A stretch of DNA of 64,000 nt from Trichoplax adhaerens (Eukaryota > Animalia > Placozoa): contig NW_002060952.1 of assembly GCF_000150275.1 (NCBI RefSeq), positions 1,672,313 to 1,736,312 on the forward strand, given 5' to 3'. Under the pieces are notes generated by a model. It did no database searches. It had not been told where the DNA came from and was given only the letters and a program-made list of their open reading frames with translations. Shown here piece by piece: positions 37,171 through 49,600 of the stretch; the stretch's first letter is position 1; every line of letters begins with the position of its first letter. The translations under genes and the position numbers were made by a program.

Positions 37171-38127
37171 TTACTTTATTTCTGTAATAGCCAAGTCTGT
37201 ATAAAGTAACAGTAATAATAGTTATTAATACGGTGTTGTAACTTATTAGTAGAGCTTTCGAGATTATATTACCAGTTTGCTGAGTGTTTGTATTTACTAT
37301 AGGGCTTGAAAACTTTCCCTGACTGAATGTAGCTTCTCTAGAGCAAGATTTGTTGGACGGTCCAGCAACAGGCTATTTCAAAATAATAGTAAAAGATTCC
37401 ATTAAGCGATATTCACAGTTCTATTTTCCGTACTGTTATGCTAAATTGAAAATTTCCTACCCTTGCTTCTTGTTCTCTATTTGCTGCTAATTGAGAAGCA
37501 ATACTTCCTCTTGTTCTTTTTGTTCGTAAAATCCTTGAGAAATAGCGAACAACCTATGTAACATTAATACCAATTCAATTAGATGTTGATACGAAGTTCT
37601 TAAATTAATGTCTATCTAGCTTATACTTACATCTTTGTTATTCAAGCAGTGGAATTTAAAAATAAAGACACCCTGAATGTTTATAAGTCAATCAATTTTA
37701 ATATTATTTCTGTCTTCGCGATTGATTTACTAGTCTACTCTCAAATCATTCAGAAAATTATCGATACCTGTAAGGAATTGGTGATAACAAAGATATATGA
37801 AAAAATTAGACTTCGATCACCCATAGCTAATAAGCCAAAAAGCCAAGATAAACCGAAGATTGGCATTAAAACAAGAACAGCTCTGGCAGATGTTCTAAGC
37901 AAAGGAAAAGAATTTATTAATTAATTCGTTTTATTTGTTTATTTTTGAAGCTACTTAGGCATCGATTTAAACAAGTTTTACGATAATCAGTTGATGGTAT
38001 TAGTAATAAAATTAACTGATAACGTTCATCATTAGTCTTACTTGATTTTATAAGTATCTGATCTAGATGAGACAGCGCGGATCGATATAAGGGTCTTAAT
38101 CACCATAATCATCAGAATAATATTGAT
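37171..38127 (-). CDS. C-terminal half of an adhesion GPCR (TM5b-TM7 + cytoplasmic tail), probably gene D
   Basis: Minus-strand exons: 38042-38127 (INIILMIMVIKTLISIRAV), 37768-37894 (TSARAVLVLMPIFGLSWLFGLL..FVITNSLQ), 37631-37672 (GVFIFKFHCLNNKD), 37461-37553, 37273-37372, and a tentative last exon 37171-37196 (DLAITEIK*). Same intron positions as gene A. Confidence 0.82.
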
Positions 38128-38242
38128 CTTGTCATATAGAAGTAATTTATTAAAGTTATGTTTGCATCTTTTTACAGCAGACTAGATTATTTAAATCTAA
38201 TTCTTATTCGATAAGTACGGTTAGAAAATTAAAATTGTGTAC

Positions 38243-38292
38243 NNNNNNNNNNNNNNNNNNNNNNNNNNNNNNNNNNNNNNNNNNNNNNNNNN
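38243..38292. other. Assembly gap (50 N)
   Basis: Run of N. Confidence 1.
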
Positions 38293-39720
38293 AGAATATT
38301 GATACTATTACGCTATCAATAGATTATATTTACTATATTTTCAGCTAGTACAATGCAGATTCTCATAGCATAGTTGCTGTGTTTGAAAATTCGTGATACA
38401 CATTGATCACGTTTGTAGGCTTGCTTGCAAGATCACGCAGTACTTGTCTTCGAATACATTTACATTAAGATACTACTAGTAGTACGTAAATTATAGCACT
38501 TTGACGATAGATGTAACAGTTTTACCGGTATAGTTTCGATCTCGACGGGCAAGTTAGCTAGTGAGTTATTAATAGCATAAATTAATTGGTTTAGACCATG
38601 AGAGCATAGTATTATTGAATTAAACGTCTTAGTGGTTGTAAGTACATCGATGTTCTATTGTAGCAAAGTACATACGGTATCACTAATTGGATAGTCCTTA
38701 ATTGAAGATCTGATTTATTGTAAAGTACGATAGCATTTAATAGGAAATTAGAGTAGTTATTGCCATTTTATAATATTAACGTAGTATTGCACAAAGTAGA
38801 TTATATTTGTAAAATAGATAGTAATATATTTATAAACATGCTCTGTTTTCGATTGCACTTTAACAACCATATTTGAAACACATATCACTGCCGTAGGTTT
38901 AGTCACCAATGTAGTTGCATGCCAATCGAAATTTGATATTCGTATAAACGTTAACGAGATGAACTTTTATACTACTGTACAACGACAGAATTATATTGTA
39001 TCATGAAGGTAATCTTCGTGACGTATACTTTATTTGTATGTTAATTTCTATATATGTTTATATCTCAGAAATGTTTTACGGTCTCTTTAATTGTAATTTT
39101 AATAGTTAACAGTTAATATCTTTAATTTGGGATTACATAGACTAAAATAGTAATAGCCAACCAGCTAAATTGGATTATATCTATCACCTCCAAGGTTGAT
39201 AAGGTTCAAAGTACAATTTCTAAGTTTAGAGGAAATGTCTTAGTAGAGTAGCTTTATATGTATCTGTTAAACTGTTAATAAGCATTGTTTATTTTAATAC
39301 TGTTACAGTAAATGTAATAGGATTAGACTGTATCTAATCTGTACAGATAAAATTTCTTTAGGGTATTAATTTGGTTAATTTCCAATAGACGAGATAACTT
39401 ATGTAGCTAAATTGGTTTTAGGTCCGAAACCTATTTAAACGGCAAGTTCGCCGACAATAAATTAGATTGCGATTTTTTAGTAAGTCTTGAAGGTCTCCCT
39501 GTGTTAAACCCTATCTGTTTTGAAATATCATTTGTTTGATATTCGAAATAACAGTGGTAAAGGGTAGAAATCACTCTCTCAATTCTTGTCGCAAGTTAGG
39601 GCTATTCCTAGCTCGTAACATATGCCTAAAAAACTATATAGTTTCATAAAACTAATAATATTAATGTCTTAGCTATTTAAATTCGAATATGCGGCCTTAG
39701 AAACTTCTTTTGTATTTTAG

Positions 39721-41354
39721 GAGTCTATTATTTCTTAATGAAAGCATTTAGAAATGATATTAGTGAATCGATAACTGTTAGCTTGGAGGGAAAAATTCCA
39801 TATTTGCAGTTTACAACCTTTGGTAGTCCAGTAAAGGTTGAAATACCAATATCTGTTGTGCCAAGGGAATCTTCTGGTGAGAGATATATACGTATTCATC
39901 TTCAATAAGTTTATGGTATTAATGCTAGCTGTAATAGTTGATTTTAATAATCCTACAGAGAGATTTCAACTGGTTGTCGGCGTTTATGAAACTTTACCGG
40001 TTCAAATAAGTAGCAGGTTAATAAAACTGCTGAGCCTATTTGTTAATATTTCGTACTGTATGATCGATTTAAAGTAAAATATGCAATGAAAGTACCGCAA
40101 TATCTCTATACTGTAATTAAAATTCTATATTTGACAAGTTTTTAAAGGACTGATCGTTTACACTCTAAATTACAGTATAAATAAGTGACAGTAGAAAAGA
40201 AAATTGGCAAGTTATCGTAATATTAGAATGCTTACAAACTGTTAAAATCGTCTGATGGTAATCTAAAGAAAACTTATGGCACAAATTATGCTATTGAAGA
40301 ATATTAATTCCGTAGCAAAAAATGCTATATTAAATAACTGTATGAATCATGCTTCTGTATTGCACTAGTAAACTTAAACGCGAATACAATCTAAGATCAT
40401 AATTCGCTTCTGGAAAATGTTTTATTTTAAATTTACTGTTCTAGTGCTGTTGCTGCCTAAGTATGGTATTTCGATACTATAGAGAGAGAGAGACTAATAA
40501 TTTGCATCTTAAATCAATTTTCCTTTAATTTTGTAAATGAATATTATTTTGCTACAAAATACGAATGTATTAATTTTTTTAAGACCAAAGGGCTGGTTTT
40601 GCCTGTTAAAATTTTCTTTTCGATTTGCAGTAAATGGCCACCACTTAAACATTCCGTATTATGTAAAATTCAACCTTTAATAACAAAGAAATTTCAAGAT
40701 CCAATTATCTTTTACTTTAAAATCGATGAGGTAGTGAAAGTTGAAAGAACTAAGTTAACAAAATAATTGCATCTGCTATCAATGACGTAATCTTTCGCTT
40801 AATCTATGTGATTATCGCTTATTATAGTTTACTACTTGTAGTTATTAACTTTCTATCGTTTTTAAACTAGAACAGCACGATTCAACCTTTGTGTAGTTAT
40901 TGGAATGGAAAGTAAGTATTCCTACCTTCAAATCTTTACTGCAATAAGACTTATTTCTGCCTTTATTCACTGAAATTTATCTTAAATTAAATACCTAAAC
41001 TGACTTATTCTTATCTTTTCTCGTTAAATATTTATTAGTCAATGGGCTACAGATGGAGTTGAAACTCAGAGATTAAATAGTACAATAGTCAAATGTATTG
41101 CCTATCATTTGACCAGTTTCTCAGTTTTACTCCAATTTGCTCAATATTTGGTAAACTCTAGAGTTTTACATTTATATTTCACTATGAATTGGCTATTTAA
41201 TTAAAAAGTACTAGCTGATAAAACAATCTTTTGCTTTCTTTCCAATAAAGATTGATCCTCTTCATCTGAAGATTTTAAGTATTTTAACATATGTCGGATT
41301 ATCTATTTCGTTATTTTGCCTACTAATAACCCTCTGGACTTTCACTACTGTCAG
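39721..41354 (+). CDS. Fragment C: GAIN/GPS and TM1 exons of a further A/B-like adhesion GPCR
   Basis: Open, phase-consistent exons 39721-39876, 39959-40016, 40631-40730, 40871-40911 (CSYW), 41039-41150 (WATDG..CIAYHL|TSFSVLL), 41251-41354 (KILSILTYVGLSISLFCLLITL); the contig is bounded by gaps on both sides. Confidence 0.82.
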
Positions 41355-41505
41355 GTGTTATTTCTATTAATTTCCAACTAACTGGGCAAATACACAAATT
41401 TATGTTGTTTTTGTTACCTAGATAAGAAATGTACTGTAGAGTTAAATAATTTATTATTATTTTTTATGCTAATATTGAAATTAAACGATTTACTAAAACA
41501 GACGA

Positions 41506-41555
41506 NNNNNNNNNNNNNNNNNNNNNNNNNNNNNNNNNNNNNNNNNNNNNNNNNN
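41506..41555. other. Assembly gap (50 N)
   Basis: Run of N. Confidence 1.
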
Positions 41556-42461
41556 GTACATTAGCAACTATAACATTTTAACTGCAAAATGGACATTCAA
41601 ATTTCAAGTGTAACTAATATTTTAATGTAATTAAGCGAACAATTTTCCAATAAATTAATGTATGTAATGAAATGCAGTAACAACCATGACAATTTTCCGG
41701 CAAGAAGCTCATTCGAATTTCAGTGTTACAGTGTTAAATACTGTATTACAGTAGAAATATCTATGTTAGGATAATTCTATTAGACTATCCTTATTTAGTT
41801 AACGTCTAATTTGGATATACTGTGTTTTAATATAGCACTAACTTTTTATGACAGTGACACTTATACACATACTGAAATTAATAGTTATAATAGGGAATGC
41901 AAATCATCTGCTTACAGTTCGAATCATTGTGATTGTAATTTACTTATGGTAGACTACAAATTATCATGGAAATGTTCCGTGATAGGACATATCGTAATCT
42001 GACTATTCTGTATTAGTCATCACATGTCTATGATCTTAAATACTGTTGTCAGCATTAAGGGAGCAGTAGCTAAAATTAATATCTAATTCAGTAAATGATT
42101 CCAATGTTAATTGTATTAACTATGACTCGTGAACTATTGAGGAGTAGTATATAAATGCAGTATATCGTGAAATAAAGTGGAATTCTCCAACTTAGTGTTT
42201 AACGTAAAATACGAGGCGTTTAAGTCTTTGTGTAGTCTGCTAGTAGAGCAAAAGTGTTCGTGATAGTGCAGATATCGTTCCTTGATACGTGGTTCAAGGA
42301 ATTGACTTATTGATCGTATATTGCGTTATCTTGTTGCAAAGCTGTTTTGTGACATTCAGGTATTATTGATATTGTAATTTAACGTATAAGCTCATTTGTT
42401 AGCCTATACTTCAAATTTTGATAGATTACATGTAGTTAAGAGTTTGATGCCTTAATTCTAC

Positions 42462-45400
42462 CTTAGCTTGTCTCATTCCGACTAATACGGTAAAGCTTGA
42501 TAGATGTTCAGTTTCACAGTAAACCGATGATGTATTGCTGACTTTCGTTTTAACACCTTGAGTCGACCAGTGGCCGGTATTATTGCTACTATAGATATGA
42601 AATTGGCATGGATATGAGAACCACGAAATCGATAAAGAAAGAAATATATTATTTGGCTTTACCTTGCTTTCCAATATACGCATTGGATGTTACTGTTTTT
42701 CTATCGGGTAGAATAAGTAAGCCATATTAGATATTATTTAATTAAAATCTTGCTGTTGATAATTTCAATCCAACTATCAGCTGGACTTATATCCACCTGA
42801 TAACTCTGCCAAGCTAAATGTAGTTGATTTTAAATGCACTCATCAACTGTAGCGATATCAATCTAATGTATTAGCCGTAATTGTTTCAGGTAGTTATAAA
42901 ATATGCTTGTACTTATTGCCTATAACATTATATTGATATACTAGCTATAGTTATCAACTATTCTAATAATTAGTTCAGTTTATAATATACCTCATCCTCT
43001 GTAATATCGAAAACAAGGTGAACAGGTTTAGGAAATTGTTCCGTAATGGTTGGGTAGACATTTAAAGAAACGATTGAATGGTTTAATGCGGTGCCATTAG
43101 CACTATGTAAGAGCAAAATGTAACTTAATATTAGCTTGGTTTAAATAACTGCCTTAAGTAATAAGACTTATGATATAGGAAAGCTTTTAAAGCATCCACT
43201 ATAGCAGTTAGGAGTCTTATTTTGTCATATAGAGTATGATAGCTAAAGGAAGTTGCTGTTCTTACGTAAAATTTCTTTCAGTAGGCTGAAAGGCAATGGA
43301 AACAATTCCAACATAACCTACAGTAAAAGTAAAGCATAAATACTGAAATTCATGGAAGGTATAATCAACAAAGACGTCATCAGCGCTATGTATTAACTAC
43401 AGATCGACAAACTACACCATATTTCACCTTTATATTCTTTAGGAACAATAGCTTTGGGGATTTCTATATGTCGGATCGTGCTTCGAGATAGGTAATTATT
43501 TGCGGAAGTCATATTAATCTTAATTGAGCCAGATTTATCCTCTACAACTTCGGATTTGGATACAATATAAAGTTCTATGAGACAGAAAAATAATGATGTT
43601 TTATTGCATCCCAAATATTAGAATTCTAGTATAGCATATATATACAATAACAAATAATTTGCTGTCAAAATCAGCAAATGATCTTACTAGCAGTTTGACT
43701 AAAAGCAGATGAAGAAATTGGAGATTGAATGGATGCTAAATTCTGCGCCAAAGCAGAGCCAATAGTCTCGCTAGCATTTAATGCTGCACTGGTGCTCTTA
43801 TTTAAATGTTGGAAAAAAAGTTTTAAATTTACTTAATTTATAAGCAGTATATGACATGCCAAAGAAATCTATCAAATTGAATAATTTAAGGTAATACTTA
43901 CCACGTTATAGATATTAGTTTTAGTCAAATTTTGAGTTAAATCCTTATAATTATCTGATGGATAGGAATCATTTAGATCTAAAAAAAGTAATAATCGGAC
44001 CATAGATCAGCTAACATTAGCTTATCTACATACGTTGAACTTAAGTAGATCGATTAAAACTCAAAATGAGGGCAAACTGTTTACTTTTCATGCATAAAAA
44101 TGATGAAAATTTGCCAAGGCAATCTAAAGAGTGCCATTTCCAGTCGACGCCGTTTGGACCAACATTTCGTTTAAGAACAGCACAGTTTCGATCTGGCAAA
44201 GGATGACCTGCAGCCCAATTGAAATATGTGGTTTCTCTGCCATTAACCACCCATTTAAATGGGCTATTATCAACTGATGTATCACGATATAATCCAATCC
44301 AAGTCCACATTAGCCATTCTTTACCGAGAAATTGATCAATTTGCTGCTGAGTATTCATGGAATCGATGACTCCCAAATCTGCTCCATAGTATTGGCAGAT
44401 AGATCTTGCATGGATAAACCATTCTGGGTTGAAGAATCGTCGAAAACAGAGATTACCATGTTGTGTCCAGTTTCCAGGGCAATTTTTATTGACTGTACCT
44501 AAATGAAAAATTCGTAAGTAATACGATTTTATTGTTTGAATCTTTTATTTATTACTTAAAAGCATGATTGTGTCAAAATACTCGGCTAGTAGTTATACCC
44601 TCTTGTGCTGGAGCCATCATTCTGTTAAAAGAACTTCTAATGCCTAGTGAAAAATTTAAAATCAAGGTTAAAATTTTAAGGATTAAATAAAAGATTATCC
44701 AATATCGCTGTGTGTAAGAGTTTAATGTTGAAAAACGATGATAAGGCTATTTAAAATAATTTGACACCAGCAAAATCAATCATACATCTGTATCCATATA
44801 TTCGTAGCTAAGTAGGATTTAAGATTACGATAATTAAACCTAATTAAGCATGAAAGGTGAAGATCTAAAGTTAGAATTACATATCGGATAGAAAAAATAA
44901 GATAATTTTACATTGTTGTGATCGGATGTTTTCGCTAATCAAGTAAGGTATGTTTAATATTTCTACCATTAGATTAAAATTGTTGCAAATTCGAAGCTTG
45001 AATTAGGTTAATTCGTTTATTTATCTTCTATTAGCAATATTATAACTCTGCCTTACACCGTGCTGTATATTAAGATACACGTAACATGGTTAGTGCTGGA
45101 CTATTGAAGTGATTAATGGACTAAAGTTCATTAGAGACTATCCTGTTTTTAATAGTGTCGTAAATTCATAATATTAAATCAGATAATAATATTATAAATT
45201 CGTATTGGTCTAATTCTCACTGTCTAGTTTTGTTTTCTATACATGTAATTATAGTGATTAGTGTCGAATAAAATTATAGCAATATGATACAGTAGAGTTC
45301 AGTCATTAATCAAGTATTAACGCAAACATACAATATTGAGCTAGATAATAATGTAATCAATTCGTAATGGTCTAATTCTATACGCCCAACATTGCCTTAT

Positions 45401-46697
45401 ATGCACATTATCAGAATGAATAGAGGTGAACAAAATTATAGAATAATGATGCAGTATAATTCAGTCATAAATTAAGTAAAGAAAATAATCATATTAATTA
45501 ATCTGATTAGACGATGAAGGCTTTAAGGCTAATTATACTATAAAGATGATAATGCTAGGAAAGATACCGATTACTGTAAAAACTGTTTAATAAAATTTAA
45601 AGATATGCCAATTGCTCGAATAAATATAAACTACCTGCTCCAACAATAATTAACCAAGCGAGTTTAGAAGAACATTCTAACTTGTTAATTACTTTTACAC
45701 TGCGCTAATAACCGAACACTATTTCTATCGCTACATTATCAAACTAAAACAATTTACTTGATAATAGTAAAATCTGCATTTCTAAGTTAGGATCATGATT
45801 TAGTCTGCAAATTCTAGAAGAAGAAAAATGATCGGAAATCTCTTTTACATTGAGTTAATACCATAGATTTTATTCTTACCTTTGCGTTGGCAAATAAACA
45901 AGCGTTGTTCTGAACAGTTGCCAAGTCTCCAAATGCCTGGTTGATCTACCAATTTATCCAGTACACCACATTGATCGGTAGTAATATTGCTGGGTTCATC
46001 GGCTGCCCAGTAGAATTTACCAACTGTTATATGTTTATCAGTAATCCAATGAAATCGTCCATATTGATTTCGTTGCATACCAAACCAATAAGTTTCATTT
46101 ATAGTATCATCATATAAAAGATAGTGATCGATTGCTAATCGTTGTGGATTTGTAGGAATAGTGACAAGATGGGAACTATTTTGTTCACAGAATCTTTGAG
46201 CTGAATCAAAGTCCAGTTTAATGTTCGATCTTTGGATGCATTGTCCATTTCCATAAGGTAGCCAACCTTGTGGACATTCATCTAATCAAAAATTCAACTC
46301 AATCTTGAGAATTGAATATAGATCGGATCACTTCACTATACTTAATTTAGTCTAGGTATTTATTCTAGACAAGATAGAGTAGGATATTTTTTCTGTTGCT
46401 AGTGAACTTACAGTACAAATCATCGAAATTAGCCAAGTATTTGCCAATTGCTGATGACGAGATGGATATCAAAAATAAAAGCTAGAAAATAGAGAAAATA
46501 GGATCGACTTATGAATCTATTAGCAGTGAATGAACTTCTTCGTGAATGTTAAGCAGCGTGGCGCTTATGGAATATTCCAACGAGAATAAGTTTTTAACTC
46601 AGGATTAAGTTTCTAAACGTGTACAGGTAGCAATTTTAAATTTCATGTACTTTTTTACTCTCTTTCGTTCGCTTACCGCACAATAATAGGAGGGCAT
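42462..46697 (-). CDS. Gene D N-terminal part: signal peptide, 2 CTLDs, GAIN/GPS of an adhesion GPCR
   Basis: Exons 46677-46697 + 46412-46481 (MPSYYCALLFLISISSSAIG), 45880-46281 (CTLD, WFGM..EPSN..C..W..C..FICQ), 44599-44643, ~44085-44498 (CTLD, WIGL), ~43902-43978, ~43688-43796, ~43428-43574, ~43266-43317, ~42991-43103, ~42663-42700 (CVYW), 42462-42588 (WSTQG..CETEHL|SSFTVLV). TM1-TM5a exons were not found before the gap. Confidence 0.85.
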
Positions 46698-49600
46698 GTT
46701 GATTTTTTGGATTCAAAAGATTAAATATATATATACCAGTAATTGACGATAAAATAAAAAATAAAGATTTTACTTTACTTTACTCTGAAATAAATTTTTT
46801 TCTCACTAATCCAAGTCGGCTTATGACTCATCATATATAGCCGTTTAACATGTTATGATCAAAGCAGCAGCTGTTCTAGTTGGGAATTAGATATAGTTAA
46901 TTTAATTGTGGATTTGAATAAAAGCCACTCGCTTTTCCTATTAATTTGTTATTAGATATAGATTGGAATTCATCAGGTTAAATTAATAATGATTCTTTCC
47001 TGTTTATTGACCCCTTTTATATGTTTAAAGATTCTAAATCGCTTCTATCTCACTATACTTCATGCAAGGAATGATAAGTAGATTTAAAGGTCGGAATAAT
47101 AATTATTTGGCATTGATGATGATTGAGGTAATTTAATATGTAGGTATTATCGTTACCATCAAGATTATATAATCAATCTATCCATTGCTATTAATAGCAA
47201 TATTGTTAAGATACTATATCGTTGGTTAGCTAATTTTCCACCTACTAATAATGGCTTACTGAACAATTTTAGAACCGGAATATTCTCTTATACTGTACTA
47301 CTTTTAATAATATATCTTTTACTGGTAGCAAAGATATTGATTTGTATCATTATTGAGCTGCTTTATGAAATATGAAGCCTGATAACTTTAATTATAGATA
47401 TTTTCCTGTTGTCTCATGAATTATCTATTCTCGATTTTCATAGCTATATTAGTAATTATAGTAAACACCTTATGTACGGCATAAACAGATTTTAATGCAA
47501 ATTTACGGAGATTAGACGGTTCGAAATTGAAGGAATTCCTTATTTTCAACGGAAACCATTTATCTTCTGCCGTTAACAGTAACATTATAGATTATTCATT
47601 CTAAAATTATATTATTACAGCCCTTCACTCAAAATTGTATTTGCAAAAATCAGTAGATATGATGTCGTAGATCTAGGATTACATTAAAACCAAATATATA
47701 TATGAGTAACCGCGTAAGGATATAATTTACTAGAACAAGTCCTCTAAAATCGTAGATTTAGCTATATGATGCTGTTACAAATCTTTTTTGTAACAAGAAA
47801 CGGGTCTTAAATACTAGGGAAAATTATTAAAATATAAGATCAATTTTTATCAATTGTTAGGATAAAAGACAAAATTACTATCTTCACTAGTACTCATGTT
47901 CCCAACTAACTTAGGGACCTATCGTAGTTGAACTAACTCTCAGCTACACAAATAAGCTACTAATAGCCTAGACATAAGAAATATTAAATTACAATAATTA
48001 ACTACATACTGTGTTACTCTTAATTAGATAATCTCTGAAATATTCTTAGACACTATTATGACAATTATCTATTTCACATTAGCTATTTCACTATAATTAA
48101 TATATAATTCAAGGTGTCATTGCAATTCGATTCTCTTTAAATTTATTTTATTTCAATAAAATTAAATTTTCATTTTTATCGATAATGAGACTAAGTCAAT
48201 CATTTCTAAGAAATTTTATGCTATTTCTGAGACATATTGTTGTCTCTCATAAAAATTGAGACTTTAAGGCTATTACTATCTGCTTTAAGATGCACATTTT
48301 CGGATATCGATGCTTTGTAAGCCGATAAATAGACTCCAACAATCTAAACTATTTCTATTACTACTATTACTATTATCAGTGAGAGAAATATTAGCTTCAA
48401 TTCGAATATTTTGTTACTGATTAATTATCTTCAAATTTCCAAGTTTTGATTGCACTAATAACAGTCCATATTTCTTACCTATCTATGAAACAACAATAAA
48501 TATAATCATAAATCCTGTTATCGATATGTGTTGTATAATTGCATTAAGAGATAATTCGATTTAAAGTAATAGCATTAAGATTAAAATTGCAATGGTATTA
48601 TGTCACATAAAGCATTCTATGTTTTACTACGCCTAATTTCATCTAAATAAAAATAAATAAATAAAATAAAAGTAGATACTATAACCCTTTTGTTGACTAA
48701 TTCTGTATAATAATAAACTTGTTATGCAAGCATTACGGTGATAGAGGGGTATAAGTAATAATAACTAAAATAGTAAATGACTAAAATAAGGTAACGTAAT
48801 TATTTAATGCTATGAAACTGCTGTTCGTGTTGATACTAAGAAAATAAGAAATTCTCAGTTGGCTACGTGAAATGAAGTGTATTATGAACTCTATTGGAAT
48901 AAAGCTCATCTACAGCAGCGATAATTAATCATCCTTCTATAGAAATAATGTTGCAGGAAAGTAGAGATAATTTATTAATATCCATGATTTATAATGGAGA
49001 AAAATTCGATCATCTTTGTAGCTTGATTTTAGAATCTTTTCTGTTAATAAAAAGGCTGAAATTGCCTTAATTAACAGCAAAATTGAAGTCATTGAACTTT
49101 CAATTAATTCATTTCGATTACTGTTAATGATATAATTGACTTTACAAGAAATTTTGCGAATGAAATAACTTATTACAATTCTACTGAATAGTCAACTATA
49201 GCACTTCCATGATTCTGATAATTATTAGCTGATAAATCATGCATAAATATTTCCAAATGCTAAAGACTATTTAATTATTAAAAATGTTTATTTCAAAGAG
49301 AAATATTAGTCGCTGAATTGACTTGAAATTTTAATTTATGAAATTAACTTATTTATGCACTCCAACTACGAAATATTTTGTTATTATTCATCAACGTCTA
49401 ATATAATTTACCAAAATTATATTATATTCAGCAATGCTTTCATGAAGCTCTATGAATAGTTTACAAATTAAAGCTTTTTGTATTAGAGATATTATGAACA
49501 CCTAAGTTATTAAGACAGTACCAAAAGGAACAACTAAGTAAAATTGACTGCCCAATAGTATCATTAGCTACAGTTTCAAGATAAACGATATGAAAATCTA

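Noticed and set aside
37649-37924. 91-aa plus-strand ORF
   Set aside because: Antisense to the TM6-TM7 exons on the minus strand
47663-48063. Possible TGTCGTA...TATGACA element
   Set aside because: Imperfect termini and no target-site duplication
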